The position numbers and the translations under genes are program-made. Below, piece after piece: positions 51,340 to 62,839 of a stretch of 63,547 nt of DNA. The notes beneath the pieces are model-generated. The model saw only the letters and a program-made list of their open reading frames with translations. It did no database searches and was not told where the DNA came from. The DNA is taken from the NCBI RefSeq assembly GCF_001194135.2, contig NC_068994.1:9583713-9647259 (forward strand). The letters are read 5' to 3'. Origin of the DNA: Octopus bimaculoides. Lineage: Eukaryota. The first letter of the stretch is position 1. The number at the start of each line of letters is the position of its first letter.

Positions 51340-51949
51340 GATGTGTACACGTCTTATACTTACAACGAACATTTTGTTTAAATATATTCGCCATTTACAA
51401 AAGGAAATATGACAAACCGCATTCTAGAAAATTTTCTACAGTAATTCCTTCAAGACTGCAAATTTTTGACTATTGTGAATCTGAATATAGTTTTATTAAT
51501 GGGAAGAAATTATTCGATATATTGCTTGCATAATAGACCTTTGATATACACGGTATCTATAAATTACCATTATTATTTTCCATTCTTTTTCACACCATCT
51601 CAGAGCCTTAAAAATATTTTATTGAAAATTCTTCACTTAATAAAATGCAAGTGAGATATATATTATAATAAAGACACCGCTGTCTACATTTGAAAATTTA
51701 GATGTGTATAGATATATATGACCTTACCGTATGTATGTATTATATCCATCTATCAATGTATATATATCTATCGACCAGTCAACGTATGTATCATTCTCTT
51801 TATGTACATATATCTGTCTGTGTGTTTGCGTATGTATGTAAGTATGACCGACCTATAAACGTGTGTATGTTTGATTCTGTATTAGGCATTTTTGTCTATC
51901 CATGTATACACACCAGTGCATGAGAATAAATAAACACCGCACTTGGTTT

Positions 51950-52020
51950 TCTCGACTAAAATTCTTCAAGGCAATGTGTCCCAGTTTGGCCGTAGTCTAA
52001 TGACTGAAATAAGATGAAGA
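51950..52020 (+). mobile_element. Isolated family A-type 3' tail
   Basis: ctcgactaaaattcttcaaggcaatgtgtcccagtttggccgtagtctaatgactgaaata. Confidence 0.6.
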
Positions 52021-53005
52021 TACATACATGCATACACACATACATACATACATATATTTCTCTTAACTCCTTTCTGGAATAGGAGCAAAACCATTACTAG
52101 AAAGAATCATTGTTGATGCAATGTCAGGCCTCTTGAACCCAACCAAAGATTTGCACATTCTAATGCATAATGGACAGCTGTGTTGCTATGAGAAGGAACA
52201 GGCGCAGTATGAACTCTTGTGACATGCCTTTCAGTCCTCAAACTGAAAGGCACACCGTTTATATTTGTACATATTTATATCCCCTTGATATTGTTTACAC
52301 AACTATTGATATTTTTATTTAATTTATATTTTTTAAGAAGATTACATTTTATATATGTGTGAGTGCTTGTATACATACATACATACATACATAAATATAT
52401 ACATACATACATTAGTGCTTACATGAGAGTTTTCTGTTTCAGTTTAATGTCAGATGAAGTATGAATCCGAATGCTAATCACGAAACAGTGACTACTGTGC
52501 TATCAATTTCGGATTTTTAAATAGACACCAACCCCATTCATTGTAGCGTCATCCCGCACTCAGCTTCACTAAGTCGTATACGTGTCTGTATACGTGTGCA
52601 TGCGTGTGCGGTTGTATTTCATTTATTTTCTTGGAAACCTTATCTCTCATTGAGTAAAACTGTGTGTATACTGCAACTGAGTCACTTAACATCTATTTCA
52701 TTGGTAGAATGTTAAATTCCACTTAAGCAGTTCTGTACCAGACTGATAAAAACAAATTGTGAATTTCTGTTGTGTTTCTTTTTTTTTAGTGTTCTTTGCA
52801 AATAACGGTGGTAACATCACACGTAGTTACTAAATGCATAATGATGTGAAACGACGTAGTACAGCACCGTCGCCAATGCTAATATGCATATAAATATACG
52901 ACAACGATCCCCCTAAATAGTAGCTTTGATGTTGAAAGTGAATTCATATGTGTCTTTCCACTAACACTCTTAGATGCAGTTTTAGTTGTTTGTGTCTGTG
53001 TGTAC

Positions 53006-53007
<2 letters not shown>

Positions 53008-53072
<65 letters not shown>

Positions 53073-53161
53073 TAAACATATATAAGAAAACATAATATAT
53101 ATAGAGAGAAAGCGAGAAAGAGAGAGAGACAGAGAGAGACAGAGACAGACAGACAGATACC

Positions 53162-53250
<89 letters not shown>
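53008..53250. repeat. Compound (AT)n-(GA)n-(GATA)n microsatellite
   Basis: Directly visible. Confidence 0.95.
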
Positions 53251-53252
<2 letters not shown>

Positions 53253-53424
53253 GTCATTGTTTCGATAACCGAAACGACAACAGATCCCAAGCCTTCCTTA
53301 AAAGCTTCCGTCCGCAATTAGGATTGTTCGCGAAATTTTTAGCCATTTGGTCATAATGATCTTCTTCATATAAGAAACGCAATTACTTATTATCTATGAA
53401 ATATCTCACCTCTACGATGGCATA

Positions 53425-53958
53425 TTTAGTGAATAGCATAAACGTCAAAGATTGTAAGAATGTTATACAAACATGCAATTAGACACACTTCTAATTTAAA
53501 ACATGCTCTTTAAGATGGGCGTGATTGCCAACGTGAAAATCCAAAATGGCGGCCAAAATCTAAGATGGCATCCAACATTTAAAAAAGTCAGTCCTTCGTT
53601 GGACTTCCTTCTGTGCCTCTCCATGCATTTGATTGATGATGAAACCTGTATAACCTGAATTAGTGAAGAAGATAGTAGGAAAATCCTACAAAAGGTAGAT
53701 ATAGACTGTGTAAAATATTGCATAATGAATAACATTTATTGTAATAAAACTTATTTCTTCTTCATCCCAATTATTAATTCTTAATGCTGGACGTCATCTT
53801 GGATTTTGGCCATCGTCTTCTGTTTTCACGCTGGAAATCATGTCTATCATAAAGCGCATGTTTTAAACTATGGGCATACCAGACTGAATATTTGTATCAC
53901 CTATTGAAGGATTTTTCTAGTATCTTCTTCACTACTTATGCTCTAACCAAGGTTATAC
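53425..53958. mobile_element. Foldback/MITE-like palindromic non-autonomous DNA element
   Basis: An imperfect inverted repeat of about 88 bp (53495-53582 versus 53781-53867) and a second inverted pair (53648-53702 versus 53895-53958). No ORF; TSD not identified. Confidence 0.7.
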
Positions 53959-54799
53959 TCCATATTCTCCCTTTTCACAATGTTTGCTTCAAAAACACTT
54001 TAATGATTCAACTTGCGTGATCAACAGGGTATTCAGTATGACCATTGATTCTAAACCAACCGTGCAAGCTCGCTTTGCAGCAGTGTATTAGGTAGAAATA
54101 GCAGCCGAATATCCCTGAAATTATATAGTAGTCATTGAAAAAAGAGTCGGATAATATTGAAATAAAATGCTCTCTGAAAACAAGACAGCATTGTCATTGT
54201 TGGAGATGAAGTAGTTTCAGCTACAACAGAAGATGCTGTCATGAAGCGGAATTCATCATTAAAAGTACATCAGCCCGTGTCCTCACGCATTATAACTGAT
54301 GTGTTAAATAACAAATAACTCTGTCTGCAAATAATAAAAATAGCTATTAAACCCGTAAGATAACTCAGCACATGAAACACAAAGCACACTAATTTCACAC
54401 TTAGAAAATGATAAATCAATATATAGCGTAACTGACACAGCTGGACAGTACATAATATAAAGTTAGTATGTTTAAAAAGCACCTAATTTAATAATTAAGA
54501 AGATGGTGAAAATGAGAAAATATATCGGTGTGAAATATTTAGTCACCCTCTGATAACTAAAAATGAAGCAAATTTAAATCTTATTTAAGTATATTAATAG
54601 AATTTGCGTAGTACTAAAGCTCATCGACAAACTGGGAATTTTGTGAATCTGTGTCAAAAGGCAGTATCCACTGAATATAAACTTCTATAACTCAAACTAT
54701 TCCGGTTTCAATTTATTATACAGTAGGGGTTCAGATGAGTAAACCATTATCGCTTCAGAAATCTATTTTCCCAGTATTTTTTTTTTGACTCTTTAAATT

Positions 54800-54925
54800 G
54801 AAAGTTCAAATCCCACTCAGCCAAAATTTACCTTTCAAGTGTTCGGGGTCGATAAAATAAAACACCAGTCAAGTGTTGTCATCAGTAGGATCGACTAACT
54901 CCCTTTTCCTCCAATTGCATCACCG
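54800..54925 (+). mobile_element. SINE family C, fragment
   Basis: agttcaaatccc...tttacctttcaagtgttcggggtcgataaaataaaacaccagtcaag...gatcgactaactccc. Confidence 0.7.
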
Positions 54926-55644
54926 TATGCCCCTAATCAGAAAACAATAAATACACGGAAATATTGGCACTGATAATCTAACGAATATCCTGTTTATTTT
55001 ATCAGTCATTAACTAAATAATAGCACATTTAACATTCCTCTAACATCCAGAATATTTCCAAATTGCATGCATACATTTCGCATGTGCTCTCAGTAATTCT
55101 TTATTAACACCTAACTCCAGCTTTCCTCAAATATGATTTGTCTCTTATTAATTGAATGGTGTACGTGTATCACATCGTATTCACATTTTTCTGTTGGAAA
55201 AATTCGGTATTAAGGTTATATTTCGATGATATTTTAAGCAATATAGTTAGAATTAAAATATAGATAAATTTAAGCAAAATTTCTAAAATTCCGAAAATAG
55301 ATGGAGTTTTAGAGTTTCTGAATAATGGACAATAACAATATTCTGTTTGCATAAGAGTACAGCTTTAAATGTTTCAAGTATTTTAAGTTTATAGGCAAAA
55401 CGAAACTACATCTGAATGGTAATTTCAAAAGAAATGGAGGCATTTGAAAATTGTACTTTTACACATCTGTGAAGCACAAAATTCACTATCGGTCTAAAGT
55501 TATGAAAAGACAGTGACAATAACTACAAGAGATTGTATATAGAATAATTGCAAATAGAATCTCAGAGGAGATATCATTCGAGCTGAAATAGATTCACCTC
55601 TGAAGATCTCTTACAACATATATAATATATATATATATACATAC

Positions 55645-55675
<31 letters not shown>

Positions 55676-56768
55676 NNNNNNNNNNNNNNNNNNNNNNNNN
55701 NNNNNNNNNNNNNNNNNNNNNNNNNNNNNNNNNNNNNNNNNNNNNNNNNNNNNNNNNNNNNNNNNNNNNNNNNNNNNNNNATGTGTGTGTATGTTTATAT
55801 ATATATTTATATATATTTATATATATATATATACACAAATTTATTTTAATACGGGGTAGGACTGCCTTTGGTGGTAGTTACAGCTTGAATTCTACGAGGT
55901 GTAGACTCGTACAAAGTTTGAATTGTTTCCAAAGGAATTTTTGTCCACACGTATACTGGGTCGAAAATAAGGTAAAAGATGACACGTCTAAGAAAATAAC
56001 GTTCTTCAAACTCCCCTAGGAGTTTTTATACCACACTAAACGCTTTGCAACTTGTGTTTTTCAAAGTAGTGGTTTTCTGATTGCAGCCCTTCCGTGAAAT
56101 CCGGCTTTGTGCAGCGTCCGGTGAACTGATTTTGTGGAAGCTGGGTTCTCAAGGTTAGTCTTTCGATAAAGAAATTTCATGTTCGTTCCTTAGTGCTGGC
56201 TGCCAAATTTTGTTGAACACAAAGGTGGCACCTGTCATGTTGTCCAATCAATTGGTAGAGGACATCCTCACAACGTATGTTACCTCACATACATTGAACA
56301 TGTGTATGCATGATGTATATTGACACATGTGTGCGCGTGTACATGCGTGTGCATGCGGGTGTGTTTGCGCGCGCGTGTGTGTGTGTTGTGTCTCCCTGTG
56401 TGTTCCGTTTTACAACGTAAATTCGAATTGAGTCGAGACATACAAAATTTGGACTTGATGGAAATAATTAGAATATAGTAGTTAAATAAGATCATAATTT
56501 ATTTATTCTCATTTTGACTCGAAAAACAAAATTATAGTATTATTGAACAAAGGACATAAACTTTATTTTATCGCAGTATATCCTATCACTATTACAAAAC
56601 TTCCTTCAAAGAAACTGGCAAAAATTGTCTATTTTGTACACAATAAATTTGAATGTTGGCAGCTCGACAGTATTTCGTTTTGGCAATATAATGTACTACC
56701 AAGAATATTGAAGGTTTAAAAAATAATGTCACTTACCGTGTGTTAGCAGTGCGAAATATTTGCTTCTC

Positions 56769-56828
56769 AGTTTATCTCTCTATATTTCCTATGTGTCAGT
56801 TTATCTCTATAGATTTCCTATGTGTCAA
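56769..56828. repeat. 29-bp tandem duplication
   Basis: cagtttatctctctatatttcctatgtgt followed by cagtttatctctatagatttcctatgtgt. Confidence 0.85.
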
Positions 56829-57364
56829 TATATGCATATACATATAGCATGTACCATCCATTCACTAAATCTTTTAGTTACCTATACATACGTAAAAAAT
56901 ATTACACAGCTCACATACGTCAGACACACAACATTTATATATGAACTTATACTTGATGATATATCATGGTTGAAAAACAAAATAGTGTTGACTTGCGAGC
57001 GATTAGATTTACGTACCAGTTGTCAGGAATCTGTTTAATATGCTAATTGGACTACCCATTTGTGTTACTCTTTGATATCTAGTTCGTATTTAAGCAATGT
57101 CTTCGTGGATATTCGATCGTTTAGAAGAAATGTTGTTGAAAGGGCAATGTCCCTGAAAGATTCTTATAAACTCACAACCTAATAATTCTATTTTCGATCA
57201 CTTTGTTTATATACCCGTGTTCGTTACAGAAACTTCGGAAATTGCAACGCCGACTATGAATTCTATACAGTATCTATACAGATATAATTAAAAGTAACAA
57301 TAATTTTTTCATACTAATAAAGATACGATAACCAAATAGACACAGTCGTTGCTTATAATTGAGC

Positions 57365-57620
57365 CATAGGCCGAGGAAAAACTTGCGAGCAGATTTTGGT
57401 AGACAGAAAGAATCCCTTCGTAAAAATACCTCTCTGTGGTGTGTGTGTGTGTGTGTGTGTGTATCTCAGTTTATTTGTTTTTATTTGTGACTCACGAAAG
57501 CTTGAACATCGTGGCTAGTGTGTCTACTTTCGCGTAACTACTTGTTTCCGTGAAAGTGTCCAATGAGATAAGTAACTAACTTTAAAGATATAAACACTGA
57601 GATAGATTCCTTCCGCAAAA
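57365..57620 (+). mobile_element. SINE family A, very degenerate middle
   Basis: ggccgagg...gattttggtagacagaaagaatcc, (GT)n, then gctagtgtgtctactttcgcgtaact; module order is preserved. Confidence 0.45.
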
Positions 57621-58599
57621 GCGATCAACTCACATCAGAAATCTTATCAAGGCGTTGCCTAGCGGTCTTCCGAGATCTTCGACTACTAAAGTATAAGATA
57701 AGTAATGTAAAGCAACTTGTTTTTCGTTTTCTCATTTTTCTTACGATTTTTAAGGTTTGTTGCTTGATCACAGACAGTAGAGAAGGTACGCGTGAGTGCA
57801 GATCATACAGTTATGAGGACTGTACGATCGTACAATCACGAGGACTTTTCTCTTTATTGCCCTTCAAAGAGGGCATTGCTTAGCCATTCCGACGTTTATG
57901 GAGTATTGAACACTACAATTGTTAATTTAGCGGTTTCTATTTCTAGTGCGCAAGGCTTTCAGTGAGTTTTTCTATATTACATTTATGGACCAACTATCAT
58001 TTTGCCACTGAGTGTAAGTTAAGCATTGGGGAATAGAAAATCGATGCATTATCTAATGGACGACATTATAAACGTGAGGATAGCACATATTCAACATTCT
58101 GAGGAATTGTTGAAATAGATAGCCCTCCAAGTTATGATGAATGAGATTAATGATGGCATCGCACAAATGATAGATTGAGGTTTCACTTCATCAATTACTT
58201 TTCCCATGTCAACACCGATTGATTAGATCTCTGATAAAAATACAACCATGTTAAAGTCGTTTCGATGTTTATGGAGTGTTCAACACTACAATAGTTAATG
58301 TAGCTTCCCTTTTTATAGATGCTGGATATAATAACAACGCAAAGCACTGTTACTGTTATATCTAGCATGTCCAACTACACCATATGGACGCTTTCATTGT
58401 TTCCTTACTTGAGATTACTGATGTAGCTAACGGAAATATGTTGATATATTAAGAGATAGAGAAAGAGGCTTATTGCCAAATGTCAACGACAAGAAGCGTC
58501 AGGCACAACAAAAGTGAAGATGCAGGTATCGCTACAGTCTAACGTATATAACTGCACACGTATACACACACCAGAATTTTCAAACATACAGACACACAC

Positions 58600-58640
<41 letters not shown>

Positions 58641-59819
58641 NNNNNNNNNNNNNNNNNNNNNNNNNNNNNNNNNNNNNNNNNNNNNNNNNNNNNNNNNNNN
58701 NNNNNNNNNNNNNNNNNNNNNNNNNNNNNNNNNNNNNNNNNNNNNNNNNNNNNNNNNNNNNNNNNNNNNNNNNNNNNNNNNNNNNNNNNNNNNNNNNNNN
58801 NNNNNNNNNNNNNNNNNNNNNNNNNNNNNNNNNNNNNNNNNNNNNNNNNNNNNNNNNNNNNNNNNNNNNNNNNNNNNNNNNTATATATATATATATATAT
58901 ATGCACGTATATAAGTATCATTATCTTAATGCAGCGATTTTACATCACGTGGATCTCATACCGGTTGCAAAAGTAACGACCGATACGACAGGTTATGGAA
59001 AATGAATACACCAATGCACGCCAGTTTATGGTCGCTTGTAGATAGAATCGAGGCAAAATACATAGGTCAAGTCTATTATCAGGATGTGGTGATAGCGACT
59101 AGTAATCTCATGGTATTCATAATATTAGAAAGGAAGAAAAGTAAAACAATATCAAGACATCATAAAGTTGAAATCCCTATCACTGCTTGAGAACTATCTA
59201 CATTATCCACTTTACTGCACGATAGATTCTGAGATTTCCCCAGTAATTCGTGGATCAGTATACAATTCATGCACACATATAAACGAATACTGTTAGAGAC
59301 AGAAAGAAAGATGGGGAGAGAGACACAGAGAGAGGGGTAGAGAAAGCGAGAGAGAAAATGAGAGAAAAAAAAGAGAAAGTGAGAGAGTGAGCTGCACATT
59401 CATACAACGGAATAGATACAACTAAGCAGAAATGCATATGTATTTATGATATTAAAACTACGATTGCATTACATTTGCAAATATTTGCAAGTCATCTGCC
59501 CATACAAGAGAAGAGCTTTATAACTTGTCTTTAACGCTGAAACGATATGCTATTTGTCTGCATATCCATGAGCTGTTTTAAAGAAGTTTGTTTTACAAAT
59601 GTCTCTATCAATGTAGGGAGTTGTTATTACCAAAACGTTATGCAGAAGCTAACATCTCTACTTGGAAAATATTCAAATGATGTAGAAAATTAAGTTAATA
59701 TGTTGGCGAATACATAAAAAGAAAATACAAAAGAAAGCAAGATGCTTTTTTATGTTGTCGGTTCATCTTGTAGTAAGAACGGCAAAATGAATTTTTGAAG
59801 AGACAAAATTTGTCATGAA

Positions 59820-60060
59820 AATGAAAAAAAACATGGATTAGCTATGTATGAAAACAACGACAAAGTGGAACCATCTAGAAAGAACTTTGGGGAGAGTCGG
59901 TTGGACCAGGGTGGTACATGATCATCTGGAGCAGAGAACGCTAAAAAGCTTAGATAGTATTAGCTATGGTTATTTCAAGATGATACACATTTGAGGAATA
60001 GCAAAAGAAACACAAGTAGTGTAACAGGCATGGTGCGCAAGTTCAGAAGTGAAAATGTAG
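59820..60060 (+). mobile_element. Possible decayed RTE-type LINE 3' ORF end
   Basis: KWNHLERTLGRVGWTRVVHDHLEQRTLKSL...GIAKETQVV*QAWCASSE loosely resembles RTE C-termini (WNPxGKRxRGRP..TW...IAKDR..W..LCAS). Confidence 0.3.
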
Positions 60061-60270
60061 ATAATTGCTAGTTATAAATGAAGCATTGTGCCGCTATTAA
60101 ACTACGTATGATGGATTGGTAATATAGGCAAGTAGATATAAGCATCTATAGATAAATGTACGCACAAACACACATGGGCCGCTATAGTTTATTTATATTT
60201 TAGAAGACGAGAGCTGAGCTGGTGTACGTATCAGGATGACTTCTAATTAGGATAATTTTTTTCCTCGGAA

Positions 60271-60314
<44 letters not shown>

Positions 60315-60324
60315 NNNNNNNNNN

Positions 60325-60370
<46 letters not shown>

Positions 60371-61307
60371 ATGTTATGATTTCCCTATCGAATTGAGCTA
60401 AAGAGGTGTGTTAGTTTCCAGAGTTAACAACATATTAGCCTGGAGCTACAGTCTTCAAACTGCTTGAGATAAATAATGGCTTCTGGTGAAGTTTTGTTAA
60501 ATGGAGGTAAATTATATTACACCTTATTTGTATTATTTTAACGAGTTTGTATTTAACAGAAAATGACTTTTTCCTCCTTTATTTGTTGATTGCACAGAAG
60601 CAACGTTATAATACATCATCGTCAGATTCTTGCAGCATGATTAATGTTTTCTTGTAGCGGAAGATATATCCCAATATCCATTTGCAGATATCACTAGGCA
60701 AGATTTTAAATCGATGATTGGTGTGCCTGTTGAGGAATTCAGGAATCCGTTTGGGGTTTTTTTTTATCCACGTGGAAACTATTTTGCAAATATGTTTAAC
60801 TAACTAAATACAGTAATATCTGTGCTGAAGTTAACTCTTAGAATACTTGAATGTGATAATGCGAACATTTCCAATTTATGCAGTAATTTGTGAATCGTTT
60901 TATGAAATATGACTTTTACACTTCTTTAAACCCTGAACGCTGTGTAAATTACGTCTCTTGAATTTATACGCTAAAATATTTTAAACAACATAATTCGGAT
61001 GCATCATCAAACGACTCCTTAGGGATACCAAATGAATTCAGCATTACGCTAGGGGCAAACTATGCCACGAAACAGCATCCTGGCACTGAAAAGTGCGCGA
61101 TGGCACGAATATTTTCTCGCGAATTTTGCAAGTTAAGAAATGATAGAATATAATAAAGAATCGAGAAGTAAATATATATCTCTGTTTACAATTTTTCTCT
61201 GTATATTCTTTTCTACTCTCTGCGCAAAGCCGAAACTTGAGGAGGGGCCAGTCGACAATAGGCAACTGTTACTCAGAGTTTCACGTTCCTATTTACGTGC
61301 TTACTCC

Positions 61308-61354
<47 letters not shown>

Positions 61355-61538
61355 NNNNNNNNNNNNNNNNNNNNNNNNNNNNNNNNNNNNNNNNNNNNNN
61401 NNNNNNNNNNNNNNNNNNNNNNNNNNNNNNNNNNNNNNNNNNNNNNNNNNNNNNNNNNNNNNNNNNNNNNNNNNNNNNNNNNNNNNNNNNNNNNNNNNNN
61501 NNNNNNNNNNNNNNNNNNNNNNNNNNNNNNNNNNNNNN

Positions 61539-61596
<58 letters not shown>

Positions 61597-62716
61597 TGTG
61601 TACATGCGCACAGTCGTATGTGAGTATATCTATTCACGTAATTACATTCCACAATTTTAGCATTTAATTATTTGAAAGAGCTTACAAATCCGTATATAAA
61701 CCACATGCTTAATAGAGTATTTTTTGCAATCTTCTACACTTCCCTTGCAATAAACTACATAAGGAACTATGAATTTTTGTAAAGACTTATGTATTGTCGC
61801 CGTATCATGAAACTCTAGGCGCTTTTATGCTTTCCTACAGGAATATGAGATAATAAACGTATACGTTTATGTGTTTGCGTGTATGAGTGTGTATGTGTGT
61901 GTAAATATGTAGGTATGTAGGAAGAAGTGAATAAATGTACGAGCATACATATATGTATAGCAATGCGCTGTAATTGTTTCATCTTGTACCAATTTATATA
62001 AGCTATTCCTAGTTAAAATGCGTTTCGTATAGCGTAATACAGGATAATCTGTATATAAATCAGCTGCTCGGTACACAGATCACGTTCGATTATAATATAA
62101 ATGGCATATTATTTCTAAAAGTAAAACGGATATCGATATCGAAAAAAGAGCGAGGGAAACAAAATTTATCGACTATCTATTAGAGTAACGTTAACATATT
62201 GCAGGCAGCTTTGATAGAAGACATCACGCAGTTGTATATTGACGATGTTATAGATATAAGTGAGTAGATATGAACACATCCATCCATATATATATATATN
62301 NNNNNNNNNNNNNNNNNNNNNNNNNNNNNNNNNNNNNNNNNNNNNNNNNNNNNNNNNNNNNNNNNNNNNNNNNNNNNNNNNNNNNNNNNNNNNNNNNNNN
62401 NNNNNNNNNNNNNNNNNNNNNNNNNNNNNNNNNNNNNNNNNNNNNNNNNNNNNNNNNNNNNNNNNNNNNNNNNNNNNNNNNNNNNNNNNNNNNNNNNNNN
62501 NNNNNNNNNNNNNNNNNNNNNNNNNNNNNNNNNNNNNNNNNNNNNNNNNNNNNNNNNNNNNNNNNNNNNNNNNNNNNNNNNNNNNNNNNNNNNNNNNNNN
62601 NNNNNNNNNNNNNNNNNNNNNNNNNNNNNNNNNNNNNNNNNNNNNNNNNNNNNNNNNNNNNNNNNNNNNNNNNNNNNNNNNNNNNNNNNNNNNNNNNNNN
62701 NNNNNNNNNNNNCTCT

Positions 62717-62747
<31 letters not shown>

Positions 62748-62797
62748 CACACCCAGGCATATTTGTATTTATGCAATCTAAGTGTGAGTGTCTTGTA

Positions 62798-62839
<42 letters not shown>

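Larger units (their letters stand above)
9422..62712. other. 21 assembly gaps (N-runs), about 6.85 kb in total
   Basis: 9422-10194, 11125-11672, 14661-14732, 16218-16253, 20335-20942, 21541-22284, 23162-23453, 24375-24582, 28734-29520, 32829-33476, 35241-35309, 37987-38035, 42094-42295, 43925-44510, 45240-45249, 48418-48685, 55676-55780, 58641-58880, 60315-60324, 61355-61538, 62300-62712. Most are flanked by (AT)n, (GT)n or (CT)n. Confidence 0.99.

Noticed and set aside
52216-52260. SECIS element
   Set aside because: It has GTGA and an 11-bp helix, but lacks the 3' NGAN quartet and the AA at the 5' side of the loop.
60660-60800. Open stretch EDISQYPFADITRQDFKSMIGVPVEEFRNPFG after an AG
   Set aside because: No acceptable donor site and no recognisable homology.
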